NCBI GenBank assembly: GCA_035353995.1 | Contig: DAOQAL010000001.1 | Span: 308,104 to 372,103, forward strand | Length of the DNA stretch: 64,000 bases | Direction: 5' to 3' | Source: Minisyncoccota bacterium | Lineage (GTDB): Bacteria; Patescibacteriota; Minisyncoccia; Phycocordibacterales; UBA9973 | Part shown: piece by piece, positions 29,101 to 34,997 of the stretch | Layout of the letters: each line of letters begins with the position of its first letter | Numbering within the stretch: position 1 is the stretch's first letter | Program-made: the position numbers and the translations under genes | The notes under the pieces: model-generated | Database searches by the model: none | Seen by the model: only the letters and a program-made list of their open reading frames with translations | What the model was told of the DNA's origin: nothing

Positions 29101-31718
29101 TATACTTCACTCCATCTACTACAAGGAAGACAATTGCTTTTGCAGAAGATATTTCATCTGGTTATGTTCCTTATACTGGTGCAACCACAAATGTAGTTCT
29201 CGGAGCAAATACTCTTTCAACAACTTCAGGTTTAATTTCTCCAAAACTTTATCCTGCAAGTGATTCAACAACAGCAATACAATTTAACAAAGCAGATGGA
29301 ACAACAAATATTTTAAATATTGATACGACTAATGGGAGAGTTGGAATCGGAACAACTTCTCCAAATCAACAATTAGAAATTACTAAAAACTTTAGACTCC
29401 CTTCTACTACTTATAATAGCGGAAGTCCTTATGGAGTAATCTACAAAGGTACATCAACATTTATTCATGATTTTACCTACGGATTAAATGGGAATGGTAT
29501 AACACCATCAGGCTATAATACTTTCTTAGGTGTTAGTGCTGGTAATTTAACAATGGGTTCAACAGCTGCATATTCTTATCAATCTTCCTATAATACTGGA
29601 ATTGGAACTAGCGCATTATATGCAAATACAACTGGTAGAAGAAATACGGCAGTTGGTTCTAGCTCTTTAACTTACAACAATACAGGTTACCAAAATACAG
29701 CTGTTGGTTACTCTGCTCTCTATGCCAATAATAGTGGTGATACAAATACTGCATTAGGTGCACAGTCTCTTTATTCTAATACCACAGGTGCTAACAATGT
29801 TGGTGTTGGATACTATTCTTTAGGTGGAAATGTTTCAGGTACAAATAATATAGGGATAGGGGGCAGTTCTGGTTATTATATTTCTGATGGTACTACATCT
29901 AATACAGCAGGAACATATTCTATATTTTTAGGACAAAATACAAAAGCTTTAGCTGATTCTCAAACAAACCAAATTGTTATCGGATATAATTCAATAGGTC
30001 TTGGAAGTAATACTGTAACTTTAGGAAATAGTAGTATCATTACAACAGCATTAAGAGGTAATATAGGAATCGGAACAACAAGTCCAGATAGATTATTGCA
30101 TGCTGAAGTTTCTGATGCTGTAACCAATGCAGTAACTTATGCAGGACGTTTGTCTCATATAACTTCTGGAACATCTGCAACAAGTTTTGGAACAGGATTA
30201 GAATTTGAATTAGAAAATGCTTCTGGTACAAATAAAATAGCAAGTACAATTGAATCTGTTTGGGAAACTGCAACAGATGCGTCTGAAGATAGTGCGATTG
30301 TTTTCAAAAATATGATAGGTGGAACTAGTGCAGCAGAAGTTCTTAGAATCAGAAAAGAGGGAACAAGCTCTACTTCTCTTAAAACACTAAGTTCGTTACA
30401 AATTGCGCCTACTGATGATTTTACAATTTATCAAAATTTAGTAACTCCATTTACTTCTGTTGGTTCTGGTGCAGTTGATGATACTTTAGTTCTTAAAGCT
30501 GGAAACGTAGGAATTGGCAACGATGCTCCAGGAGCTTTACTTGATATTGGTTATTCAGGAACTACTGGAGGAGTAATAAGATTAGAAGGAAGCTCAAGAA
30601 ATTATGTTGATATTGCAGCTGCTGCAGATGCTGGAGCTTGGACAATGACATTACCTGCAAGTACAGGAACTACTGGACAGCAACTTACAACAAATGGTTC
30701 TGGTGTAACTTCTTGGCAAGCTGCTGGTTCTTTAAGAAGTATTAAAAATGTTTTTGACGAAGTTACTCCAGAAGAAGGATTAGAACAAGTACTTACAACA
30801 GCAGTTTATCATTTCAAATATAAACCTGGTTTAGGAACTGGTGATAGCGATACTATGTATGTTGGTGTGATGGCTGATGAAGCTCCTTGGGCAATGCATT
30901 ATAATGGAACCATTGTTAACCCAGTAAATACTTTAGGTTATATGATCTTGTCCACAAAAGCTCTTAATGAAAAAATAGTGGCACTTGGTTCAACTGTTGA
31001 TGATATGAATTTGAAATTAAAAAATTTGGAAACTATATTGCCAACAGATTTAATAGAAGATCCTGATACTTTTGGAAATAATTTTGTTGCATTATTTAAT
31101 GATGTAATTATAAAAGTTGAAGACGGTGTTGCATATATGAAAGGAATAGCAACAGATACATTAAAAATAGGTAGTTCAGAAAAAAGAACTGGTATAACTT
31201 TGTATGATGAAGTTACTGGAGATCCATATTGTATTTCTGTTGCAGATGGTAAAAGTAAAACTACTGAAGGTGAATGCGGAACTATAACTCCTGAAGATGT
31301 TATTGCTACTTCTCAAGGTTCAGATTTACCGACAGAAAGTTCAGATTCAACTGATACAACAACTGATACTATTGTAGCAACAATAGATGGAGCAACAGAA
31401 ACAACTACAACAGAAGAATCAACAATAGGTACAGAATCAACAAACATAACAACACAAACAATAGATACATTACTTGCTGAAGCAGATCCACCACAAATAA
31501 CATTAAACGGAGATAGCTCTATAACATTAACAGTTGGTTCTACTTATGAAGAACTTGGTGCACTTGCAACATCTGATATAGATGGAACAGTTGCAGTAAT
31601 CATTGAAGGTTCAGTTGATACAAATACAGTTGGAACTTATATTATTTCTTATAAAGCTTTTGATACAAATGGAAATTCAGCTACTCCTGTAGAAAGAATC
31701 GTAAATGTAACTTTGTAA
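17148..31718 (+). CDS. giant 4856-aa surface fibre/adhesin-like protein. N-terminal TM anchor, tail-fibre-like repeats, Hep_Hag/YadA-head-like repeats and a CBM-like module. C-terminal peptidase-S74-type intramolecular chaperone domain and a terminal Ig-like (DUF5011-like) domain
   Basis: A single uninterrupted ORF. The N-terminal hydrophobic helix is YIAYTTLVALVVFSLVNLVGA. About nine copies of the module AGTAPLKFTSGTLL..MEFDG.HLYFT..TRYQLDQQAPGGGMVYPG..SQFVKGDGSLDSNTYL...VPYTGAT....RVGIGTTSP. Hep_Hag-type heptad blocks, NTTGYxNSAxGxxAL. The CBM-like piece is SEDFSNAAWVKTSIG. The C-terminal SLRSIKNVFDEV...VYHFKYK...YVGVMADEAPWAMHY...LNEKIVAL matches the CIMCD/S74 pattern. Confidence 0.85.
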   Translation: MSEKHKNKRVLQLIRNILQILKPKLSFHYIAYTTLVALVVFSLVNLVGATTPNPGHSWSEVGDGVFAVTNNQTAIRTYTFPDANATVLTTNALVTVAQGGTGANTLTGILIGNGTSAFTSVALTAGQSIRMNSGGTAYEGFTPGTGNVNSISVATSNGFAGSSSGGSNPILTLSTTISGMLKGNGTAISAATDGSDFLSSSTGWKLNGQALGTKKTLGSTDGYAIGFLTNNSERMTILSGGNIGIGVTSPTAVLHLKAGTATAGTAPLKFASGVLLTTPETGAMEFDGTNLYFTPVDLRKTIAFTEDIASGYVPYTGATADVNLGAFDLTTTDLNVSGIANFTGSVAVNTDPDNNTSGFEYGNGYDPSSSYYYNERFRVNSFMETPHMSLGVASNFLLYSEDFSNAAWVKTSIGSVSANGVNAPNGSTTAENIPAGSASTANIAQTITNSTTGYWSAGVWARTQSGTATIDLQIDNGSAEIGTPKTVTVDTKWRFFGVAQNFSPSSNTTKTFKITSGTTAISLWGARMNQGETINSYRATTSSNSSTPTFGAFFNNTTIYGTLSGSASSAGYATYSNSGIYGGVTLSNTTGNAGKWELLGYVTLTYNSTYDYGHSWDYEVNLKEINNDDSAISQVDYEDITLKLKGNLAEATSTATFNSAVPTFSIDVSGATQLTSSDFAAVVYSTSTSTKVIRYYVKLPAANSHYMIVPINYRGVSYNSTLGISTSYVSWTTSSSTAVITTLPTPPAGQGSVVNGNILYTTYKGNGIFSGLLSGTALKSAKWYPGADSTTAIQINKADGLTNIINIDTTNGRMGIGTTLPTALLNLAAGTASAGTAPLKFTSGTLLTTPEDGSVEFDGTHYYVTVGSTRYQLDQQAPGGGMVYPGSGIAVSTGSAWGTSISGTSSQFVKGDGSLDSNTYLTTSSASSTYVPYTGATSAVDLGVHNLTVDTNTLFVDSTNHRVGIGTTSPTSKLYVSSGGGVNSGIVIKSDGTTGTYASLDYVNKNNVAFQTGLYDSGNAFFYMPSTGNNIGFYTNDLERMTIAKTGNVGIGTTSPTVPLDITGAVNISTGNLDLDNTTNANQYGVITKNGIRFIHNFNYGNNGTVTTEGHNLFIGENAGNFTMGSTANYANYSSSNVGIGYSTLSSNTTGYYNSAVGIYALYSNTTGYSNSAIGTHALMLNTTGYANSTVGNDALYNNTSGYKNSVIGSTALFNNTTGYSNSAMGYEAGRYVTGNVANTTSDYSIYLGANTKALADDDQNEIVIGYDATGAGSNTAVIGSSSLTSVYLGSSTPSARLYTKGITLSAGTATAGTAPLKFTSGTLLGTTEAGTMEFNGTHLYFTVANSGTRYQLDQQAPGGGMVYPGAGIPISTGSAWGTSISGTSSQFVKGDGSLDSNTYLTTSSASSTYVPYTGATSAVDLGVHNLTVDTNTLFVDSTNHFVGIGTTTPSVKLNVLGVTALQSGDADGALRIGADVLATTLSSNVRKLGRVTAPSYSNTYYYSLFSADSDTGGDGIEFGGRAGALNSSPTYISFATTPTAGSSAGNAERMRIIGNGNIGIGIASPTARLHLPAGTATAGTAPLKFTSGTLLGTTEAGTMEFNGTHLYFTVANSGTRYQLDQQAPGGGMVYPGAGIPISTGSAWGTSISGTSSQFVKGDGSLDSNTYLTSASLSGYVPYTGATTNVVLGANTLSTTSGLISPKLYPASDSTTAIQFNKADGTTNILNIDTTNSRVGIGTTSPSVKLEVAGQGKFISTTFPVLDIVRDTTTTAGGVYGGAKLERIMTGGTSVNGTGIGFYFKNPDSAGNSTFSGIFGSALSSVTDGSEVGDVIVSAAWQGGDPYLNQHLVVRATGATTGNVLVPNGNVGIGTTSPNQQLEITQNFRLPSTTYNSGNPYGIIYKGTNPFIHDFNYGNNGTVTTEGHNLFIGESAGNFTMGSTATLLSQSSNNIGIGYNSLSVNTTGYGNTAISNYSLESNTTGTQNSAIGYKSLSSNTTGSVNSAFGPYSLSGNTTGSNNSAFGSYSLSGNTTGILNVAFGQNALSGNTTGNYNSALGYNAGSFIADGSTSNTFGSNSLFLGSYSRALANNQTNQIVIGYNAIGNGSNTATIGNSSILRTYLRGVNLAAGTASAGTAPLKFTSGTLLGTPETGAMEFDGSHYYITIGSTRYQLDQQAPGGGMVYPGAGIPVSTGSAWDTSKTAPTGDIVGTTDTQDLTNKTYNGLSLLGNNTDFNSFVGYNTGLNIPSGAQWNSFFGYEAGKGSASTSYNYSNTGIGYQSLYSITVGSNNSALGNKSLYYNTSGWSNTAVGDSSLSSNTEGYLNVALGVDSLSSNITGYDNSAIGSSSMYSNTTGYYNIAIGGGSMYYNTTGNYNSATGYSSLSNNTTGNINSALGYVAGYFIADNSTPNTTSDYSLYLGAYTKALADNDQNEIVIGYDTTGNGSNTATIGNSSILRTYLRGVNLAGGTATAGTAPLKFTSGTLLGTTEGGAMEFDGSHLYFTIADSGTRYQLDQQGGMVYPGAGIAISTGSAWGTSISGTSSQFVKGDGSLDSNTYLTTSSASSTYVPYTGATTDVNLGTHTLASGSIDIATGNLDLDNTTYANQYGLITKNGTRFIHNFSYGLNGNNVTPEGRNLFIGEGAGNFTMGSDATYYSYSSNNIGVGYSTLSFNTTGYGNFAVGSYALYYNTTGYGNSAIGKSALFSNTEGFFNSALGDSALKSNTTGYRNISMGSYALNSNTTGSHNSALGYNTGRYIANGSTGNTTSDYSVYLGAMTKALADDDQNEIVIGYNATGAGSNTAVIGNSSVTSVYLGSSTAGARLYTNGVTLSAGTATAGTAPLKFTSGTLLGTTEGGAMEFDGSHLYFTIADSGTRYQLDQQGGMVYPGSGIAISTGSAWGTSISGTSSQFVKGDGSLDSNTYLTSASLSGYVPYTGATTNVVLGANTLSTTSGLISPKLYPASDSTTAIQFNKADGTTNILNIDTTNGRVGMGTTSPSSMLHIYDTTASGTFADGLYLQAGNDANAIRVRLKNTNSDFFINAYGTGAIGALANSIGFFASGSSTNDFIIGHTGTTSGNDIRFFTNNDYSDANELVITQGGLVGMGTSTPTGKLNIINTSEQLRIGYSSSVYYSTTIDSTGTVIFDSTGGASSRFSFADNLGIGTTSPSNILSLGGTTARTIWMERNTTAGTAGQALTLFSGGAYSGGTNLNGGDLYLKSGISTGTGSSSMHFLTATAGSSGTADNTPTEKMTILANGKVGIGNTNPSSKLTVTDVNSIFFVPNQGATGEIPAGTAMSTSSNFTFLGDGTGGVGNGVMVAYYNQTQWLSAVQTANVSSGYGNLLLMKSGGSVGVGTSAPTARLHLGAGSATAGTAPLKFTSGTLLTTAEAGAMEFDGTHYYVTVGSTRYQLDQQAPGGGMVYPGAGIPISTGSAWGTSISGTSSQFVKGDGSLDSNTYLTTSSASSTYVPYTGATTNVVLGANTLSTTSGLISPKLYPASDSTTAIQFNKADGTTNILNIDTTNGRVGIGTTSPTKKLEVSGNLGAGGIFNVNSSTPADFVGLETSSGRSAIVFNNSNSRMYYDSSANTFNMFPVVGTYDDPSSWNYSTMSYALTSQTLYLNGAGGVEIGQGGLISTKIVDTTTDYQNYTGSTFSMWKRLGNNTVNTLNGLNLNYGGYWSAAGTITDSAGIYSAFAAADSSAANFTNVYGIKTSFTNVGTGTITNQYGIYIPSDSVATNVYGISSNIASGTNKWNMYVAGTANNYFAGNVGIGTTTPQAALNVIGDVMLGYNSTGQKIYPYYYSATNYNAISSDSSGAMTFITGVTSPSERMRIDNSGYVGIGNASPATTLDITGAGGSPSGTPSFPVRVVSGTNTNPGMIFERSDASKFVNLWTGSGAAILGFTDTASRMAIGTYTYADRYSTGFPTKEILSLLPSGNVGVGVTNPTAKLHLKASDGTAGSASLKITDGTLLSTPEAGAIEFVGTSLYFTPSTTRKTIAFAEDISSGYVPYTGATTNVVLGANTLSTTSGLISPKLYPASDSTTAIQFNKADGTTNILNIDTTNGRVGIGTTSPNQQLEITKNFRLPSTTYNSGSPYGVIYKGTSTFIHDFTYGLNGNGITPSGYNTFLGVSAGNLTMGSTAAYSYQSSYNTGIGTSALYANTTGRRNTAVGSSSLTYNNTGYQNTAVGYSALYANNSGDTNTALGAQSLYSNTTGANNVGVGYYSLGGNVSGTNNIGIGGSSGYYISDGTTSNTAGTYSIFLGQNTKALADSQTNQIVIGYNSIGLGSNTVTLGNSSIITTALRGNIGIGTTSPDRLLHAEVSDAVTNAVTYAGRLSHITSGTSATSFGTGLEFELENASGTNKIASTIESVWETATDASEDSAIVFKNMIGGTSAAEVLRIRKEGTSSTSLKTLSSLQIAPTDDFTIYQNLVTPFTSVGSGAVDDTLVLKAGNVGIGNDAPGALLDIGYSGTTGGVIRLEGSSRNYVDIAAAADAGAWTMTLPASTGTTGQQLTTNGSGVTSWQAAGSLRSIKNVFDEVTPEEGLEQVLTTAVYHFKYKPGLGTGDSDTMYVGVMADEAPWAMHYNGTIVNPVNTLGYMILSTKALNEKIVALGSTVDDMNLKLKNLETILPTDLIEDPDTFGNNFVALFNDVIIKVEDGVAYMKGIATDTLKIGSSEKRTGITLYDEVTGDPYCISVADGKSKTTEGECGTITPEDVIATSQGSDLPTESSDSTDTTTDTIVATIDGATETTTTEESTIGTESTNITTQTIDTLLAEADPPQITLNGDSSITLTVGSTYEELGALATSDIDGTVAVIIEGSVDTNTVGTYIISYKAFDTNGNSATPVERIVNVTL
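19650..20055 (+). repeat. intragenic near-identical DNA repeat, family A (tail-fibre module), copy 1
   Basis: The 35-mer caattagatcaacaagctccaggtggaggtatggt recurs at 19761, 21201, 22002 and 27366, with variants at 23655, 24675 and 25770. Reverse-frame ORFs are identical across copies. Confidence 0.8.
21075..21500 (+). repeat. intragenic repeat family A, copy 2
   Basis: Same module, near-identical at DNA level to 19650-20055. Confidence 0.8.
21870..22375 (+). repeat. intragenic repeat family A copy 3, fused to family B copy 1 (from ~22188)
   Basis: Family B is the unit ggtgcaaccacaaatgtagttctcggagcaaatactctttc...tttaacaaagcagatgg. It occurs at 22188, 25947, 27555 and 29178. Confidence 0.8.
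23527..23735 (+). repeat. intragenic repeat family A, truncated copy 4
   Basis: Same APLKFTSGTLL...QLDQQAPGGGMVYPGAG block. Confidence 0.7.
24543..24900 (+). repeat. intragenic repeat family A, copy 5 (variant lacking the APGG codons)
   Basis: QLDQQGGMVYPGAG variant; otherwise near-identical. Confidence 0.75.
25640..26135 (+). repeat. intragenic repeat family A copy 6 fused to family B copy 2
   Basis: Near-identical to 24543-24900 and 22188-22375. Confidence 0.8.
27245..27745 (+). repeat. intragenic repeat family A copy 7 fused to family B copy 3
   Basis: Near-identical DNA; the matching antisense small ORF is at 27440-27654. Confidence 0.8.
29178..29365 (+). repeat. intragenic repeat family B, copy 4
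   Basis: The same ~170-bp unit, encoding TTNVVLGANTLSTTSGLISPKLYPASDSTTAIQFNKADGTTNILNIDTTNGRVGIGTTSP. Confidence 0.8.
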
Positions 31719-31729
31719 AACAGAATTAA

Positions 31730-32719
31730 ATGAAAATAAAAAAAATAAAAAATTATTTTTATATTGTATTAGTTGTAATTTTTGTTTTATTTTTTGCAAA
31801 ATCTGTTTACGCTACATTAACATGCAGTGTTAAAACTGCTGGGGCTTGTTCTGATATCGTTATGTTTAGAATGTCTGGATCATCAAATGCACATGCAGAA
31901 CTTCCAGGTCAAACAACTTCTGTTTATGACAATAATGTTGTTTGCTGTAGCGGTGTTACAGGTTTGGGAAATTCTTGTTCTGGAAATTATAAAGTTTTAA
32001 TGAGAATGTCTGGAGTTACAAATGCTCACGTTGAAGAAAATACACAAACAAATGTAAATTATACGCAGAATGCTTGTATATCAAGTATTTTTGGAGACAC
32101 TATTACTGTAGGATATCAAGCAAGTAATTGTAATGGTTATGATACAACAATTGCTTCTATGGAAAGATCTCCAACAAATTCTCAAATAGGGAATACAAGT
32201 GCTTACAATAATAAAATTTGTGCTGATATTTTTTCTCAATCAATAACATTTAATGTTTCTGATTCTTCAATCGGTTTTGGCTCTCTTACTCCAACAGGAA
32301 TTCGTTATGCAACAGGTGATGGAATTGGTAGCGATTCAGAAACAGAATCTTACAATGTCAGTGCAAGTACAAATGCTCCATATGGATATTTAATTTATTT
32401 GCAAGGTGATTCACTTTCAAATGGTATAAGTACAATTGATCCGATGGGTGGAACAAATATTCCACCAGCTTCAGGATCAGAAGGTTTCGGAATGAGAGCA
32501 GTTGCATCAGGTGGAACAGGAACAGTTGTGTCCCCATATGATGGATCAGGTTTTGCTTATGATGCATCTAGTACAAGTTCAACTGTAGTTGCAGAAGAAA
32601 CAACAGGAGATGACATTACAACAACTTATTCAATACGTACTGTAGCAACAATAGATTCATTACTTGATCCAGGAAACTATACTACAAATCTTACTTATGT
32701 TATTGTTGCAGGTTTTTAA
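31730..32719 (+). CDS. secreted Cys-rich protein with internal repeats and a C-terminal module shared with the two downstream paralogs
   Basis: Signal peptide. Repeated VMFRMSGSSNAHAELPGQ / VLMRMSGVTNAHVEEN units with paired Cys. The C-terminus TTYSIRTVATI...GNYTTNLTYVIVAGF parallels the paralog C-termini. Confidence 0.6.
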   Translation: MKIKKIKNYFYIVLVVIFVLFFAKSVYATLTCSVKTAGACSDIVMFRMSGSSNAHAELPGQTTSVYDNNVVCCSGVTGLGNSCSGNYKVLMRMSGVTNAHVEENTQTNVNYTQNACISSIFGDTITVGYQASNCNGYDTTIASMERSPTNSQIGNTSAYNNKICADIFSQSITFNVSDSSIGFGSLTPTGIRYATGDGIGSDSETESYNVSASTNAPYGYLIYLQGDSLSNGISTIDPMGGTNIPPASGSEGFGMRAVASGGTGTVVSPYDGSGFAYDASSTSSTVVAEETTGDDITTTYSIRTVATIDSLLDPGNYTTNLTYVIVAGF

Positions 32720-32843
32720 TATTAAAATTATATTTTAACGAAAAGTTATCAACATGTAATCCACTTAGCGATTTCTTTTTAAAAAAGATATGTTACAATT
32801 TATATTGTATAAAAGTTAATAGTTTATTATTAAAATATTTTTT

Positions 32844-33899
32844 ATGTTGAAATTTAATAAGTCTAATTTGTTTAAAGTAATAGGAGTTTTTGTTTTGGTA
32901 GTATTCTCTTTTGTTTACATACAATTTGCAACTGCTTCCGCTCTTACTTCTCTAAAAGATACTCTTACTTCAGAAAAAGCATCTACCGTTGCAAATCATA
33001 CAATTGTATTTACAACACCAACTGGTGTTGCTGCTAGTCAGACTATAATTTTAACTTTTGATAATGGTACAACTTTCACTTCTGGTTTAGATTTTACTGA
33101 TATAGATTTGGCAGACGATGGAACAGAAGTGACTCTTGCTGCTACAGCAACTGGTACAACTTGGGGAGTTTCTGCAGCTAGTCCAGTTATAACTTTTACA
33201 AATGGTAGTACTGTTGTTGCTGCTGGAAGTGTAATAACAATTAAAATTGGTACTAATGCATCGAGTGGAGGTACTGGTGATAAGCAAATAATAAACGGTG
33301 CATCAGGAACCACTAAACTAGTTATCACGGGAACATTTACAGATACTGGAACTATTGCTATTCCAATAATTGCAGATGACACTGTTGTAGTTAATGCAGT
33401 TGTTCAACCAATTATTTCATTTACACTTTCTGATAATACTATTTATTTTGGAAACTTGAGTTCATCTGTGAATTGTTTTGCTCAAGGTACAGATCCTGGA
33501 AACGTTACATGCCCTATAACTTCAGAGGCAGAAGCATTTAAGATTACAGCAGGAACAAATGCTACATCTGGTTATGTGATAACTGTACAAGGTGGAACAC
33601 TTACATCTGGATTAAATACTATTACTCCACTTGCTTCAAACACTCCATCTGCACCTACTACAGAACAATTTGGTATTAGATTTAATGCTTCTGGTGGTTC
33701 AGGAACAGTGACTGCACCTTACGCAGCATCTGGATATGCTTTTACAGCAACAACTTCATCTGCAGTTCAAATTGCTTCTTCTTCAGCAGTTTCTGACACA
33801 ACTACTTATTCAGCTAGATACCTTGCAAACATCTCTACTTCAACAGAAGCAGGAATTTATACAGCTAGTCATACATATGTAGCGACTGCGACATTTTAA
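32844..33899 (+). CDS. secreted surface protein, paralog 1, with a WxL-like (W replaced by Y/F) C-terminal beta-rich module
   Basis: Signal peptide ending ATASA. Central and C-terminal blocks are shared with 33919-34977. The C-terminus ...YSARYLANISTSTEAGIYTASHTYVATATF resembles the WxL-domain terminus GEYTATITWTLxxAP, and a DUF916-like gene lies downstream. Confidence 0.5.
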   Translation: MLKFNKSNLFKVIGVFVLVVFSFVYIQFATASALTSLKDTLTSEKASTVANHTIVFTTPTGVAASQTIILTFDNGTTFTSGLDFTDIDLADDGTEVTLAATATGTTWGVSAASPVITFTNGSTVVAAGSVITIKIGTNASSGGTGDKQIINGASGTTKLVITGTFTDTGTIAIPIIADDTVVVNAVVQPIISFTLSDNTIYFGNLSSSVNCFAQGTDPGNVTCPITSEAEAFKITAGTNATSGYVITVQGGTLTSGLNTITPLASNTPSAPTTEQFGIRFNASGGSGTVTAPYAASGYAFTATTSSAVQIASSSAVSDTTTYSARYLANISTSTEAGIYTASHTYVATATF

Positions 33900-33918
33900 T
33901 AAATAATTAATTATAACA

Positions 33919-34977
33919 ATGCAAAAAGTTTCTAAATCAGTTTTATTTAAAATAACGAGCATATTTGTTTTAATAGTATTCTCTTTTGTTTACATACAAT
34001 TTGCAACTGCTTCCGCTCTTACTTCTCTAAAAGATACTCTTACTTCAGAAAAAGCATCTACCGTTGCAAATCATACAATTGCATTTACAACACCAACTGG
34101 TGTTGCTGCTAGTCAGACTATAATTTTAACTTTTGACAACAGTACAAGTATTCCTGCTGGTTTAGATTATACTGATATAGACTTAACAGACGATGCAGTA
34201 GACTTAACACTTGCTGGTAGTGCATCTGGTGCAACTTGGGGAGTTGTGCGTACTTCTGCTTTAGTCATAACTTTTACAAATGGAACAACAGCTGTTGCTG
34301 CTGGAAGTGTAATAACAATTGAAATTGGTACTAATGCAACATTTGGTGTAGCTGGAGATCAACAAATTACAAATGGTGTAGCAGGAACCACTAAACTAGT
34401 TATCACGGGAACATTTACAGATACTGGAACTATTGCTATTCCAATAATTGCAGATGACACTGTTGTAGTTAATGCAGTTGTTCAACCAATTATTTCATTT
34501 ACACTTTCTGATAACACTATTTATTTTGGAAACTTGAGTTCATCTTTGACCTGTTTTGCTCAAGGCACAGATCCTCTAAACACAACATGTCCTGTAACTA
34601 CAGAGACAGAAGCATTTAATATGACAGCAGGAACAAATGCTACATCTGGTTATGTGATAACTATAAAAGGAGGCACTCTAACATCTGGAGGGAATACTAT
34701 TACTGCACCAGCTGTAAATACTGTGCCTACAGTAGGGCAAGAGCAATTTGGTGTTAGATTTACTTCATCTGGTGGTACGGGAACAGTAACTGCACCTTAT
34801 GCAGCTGCAGGATATGCGCTTTCTTCAACTTCTACAACAACAGCACAAATTGCTTCAGCACCAGGAGTTTCTGCAACAACTACTTATTCAGCCAGATATC
34901 TTGCAACAATAGGTACTTCAACAGAAGCAGGAATTTATACAACTAGCCATACATATGTCGCAACTTCAACATTTTAA
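33919..34977 (+). CDS. secreted surface protein, paralog 2 (tandem duplicate of 32844-33899), WxL-like C-terminal module
   Basis: Mature N-terminus VYIQFATASALTSLKDTLTSEKASTVANHTI is identical to paralog 1. An identical block LVITGTFTDTGTIAIPIIADDTVVVNAVVQPIISFTLSDNTIYFGNLSSS sits mid-gene, and the C-terminus is ...IYTTSHTYVATSTF. Confidence 0.5.
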   Translation: MQKVSKSVLFKITSIFVLIVFSFVYIQFATASALTSLKDTLTSEKASTVANHTIAFTTPTGVAASQTIILTFDNSTSIPAGLDYTDIDLTDDAVDLTLAGSASGATWGVVRTSALVITFTNGTTAVAAGSVITIEIGTNATFGVAGDQQITNGVAGTTKLVITGTFTDTGTIAIPIIADDTVVVNAVVQPIISFTLSDNTIYFGNLSSSLTCFAQGTDPLNTTCPVTTETEAFNMTAGTNATSGYVITIKGGTLTSGGNTITAPAVNTVPTVGQEQFGVRFTSSGGTGTVTAPYAAAGYALSSTSTTTAQIASAPGVSATTTYSARYLATIGTSTEAGIYTTSHTYVATSTF

Positions 34978-34997
34978 TTATTATTTATTTTAATTTT

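Noticed and set aside
17148-31718. Possibility that the regular repeats are a CRISPR array
   Set aside because: The repeats are 200-500 bp, in-frame and protein-coding. They lack short unique spacers and sit inside one continuous ORF.
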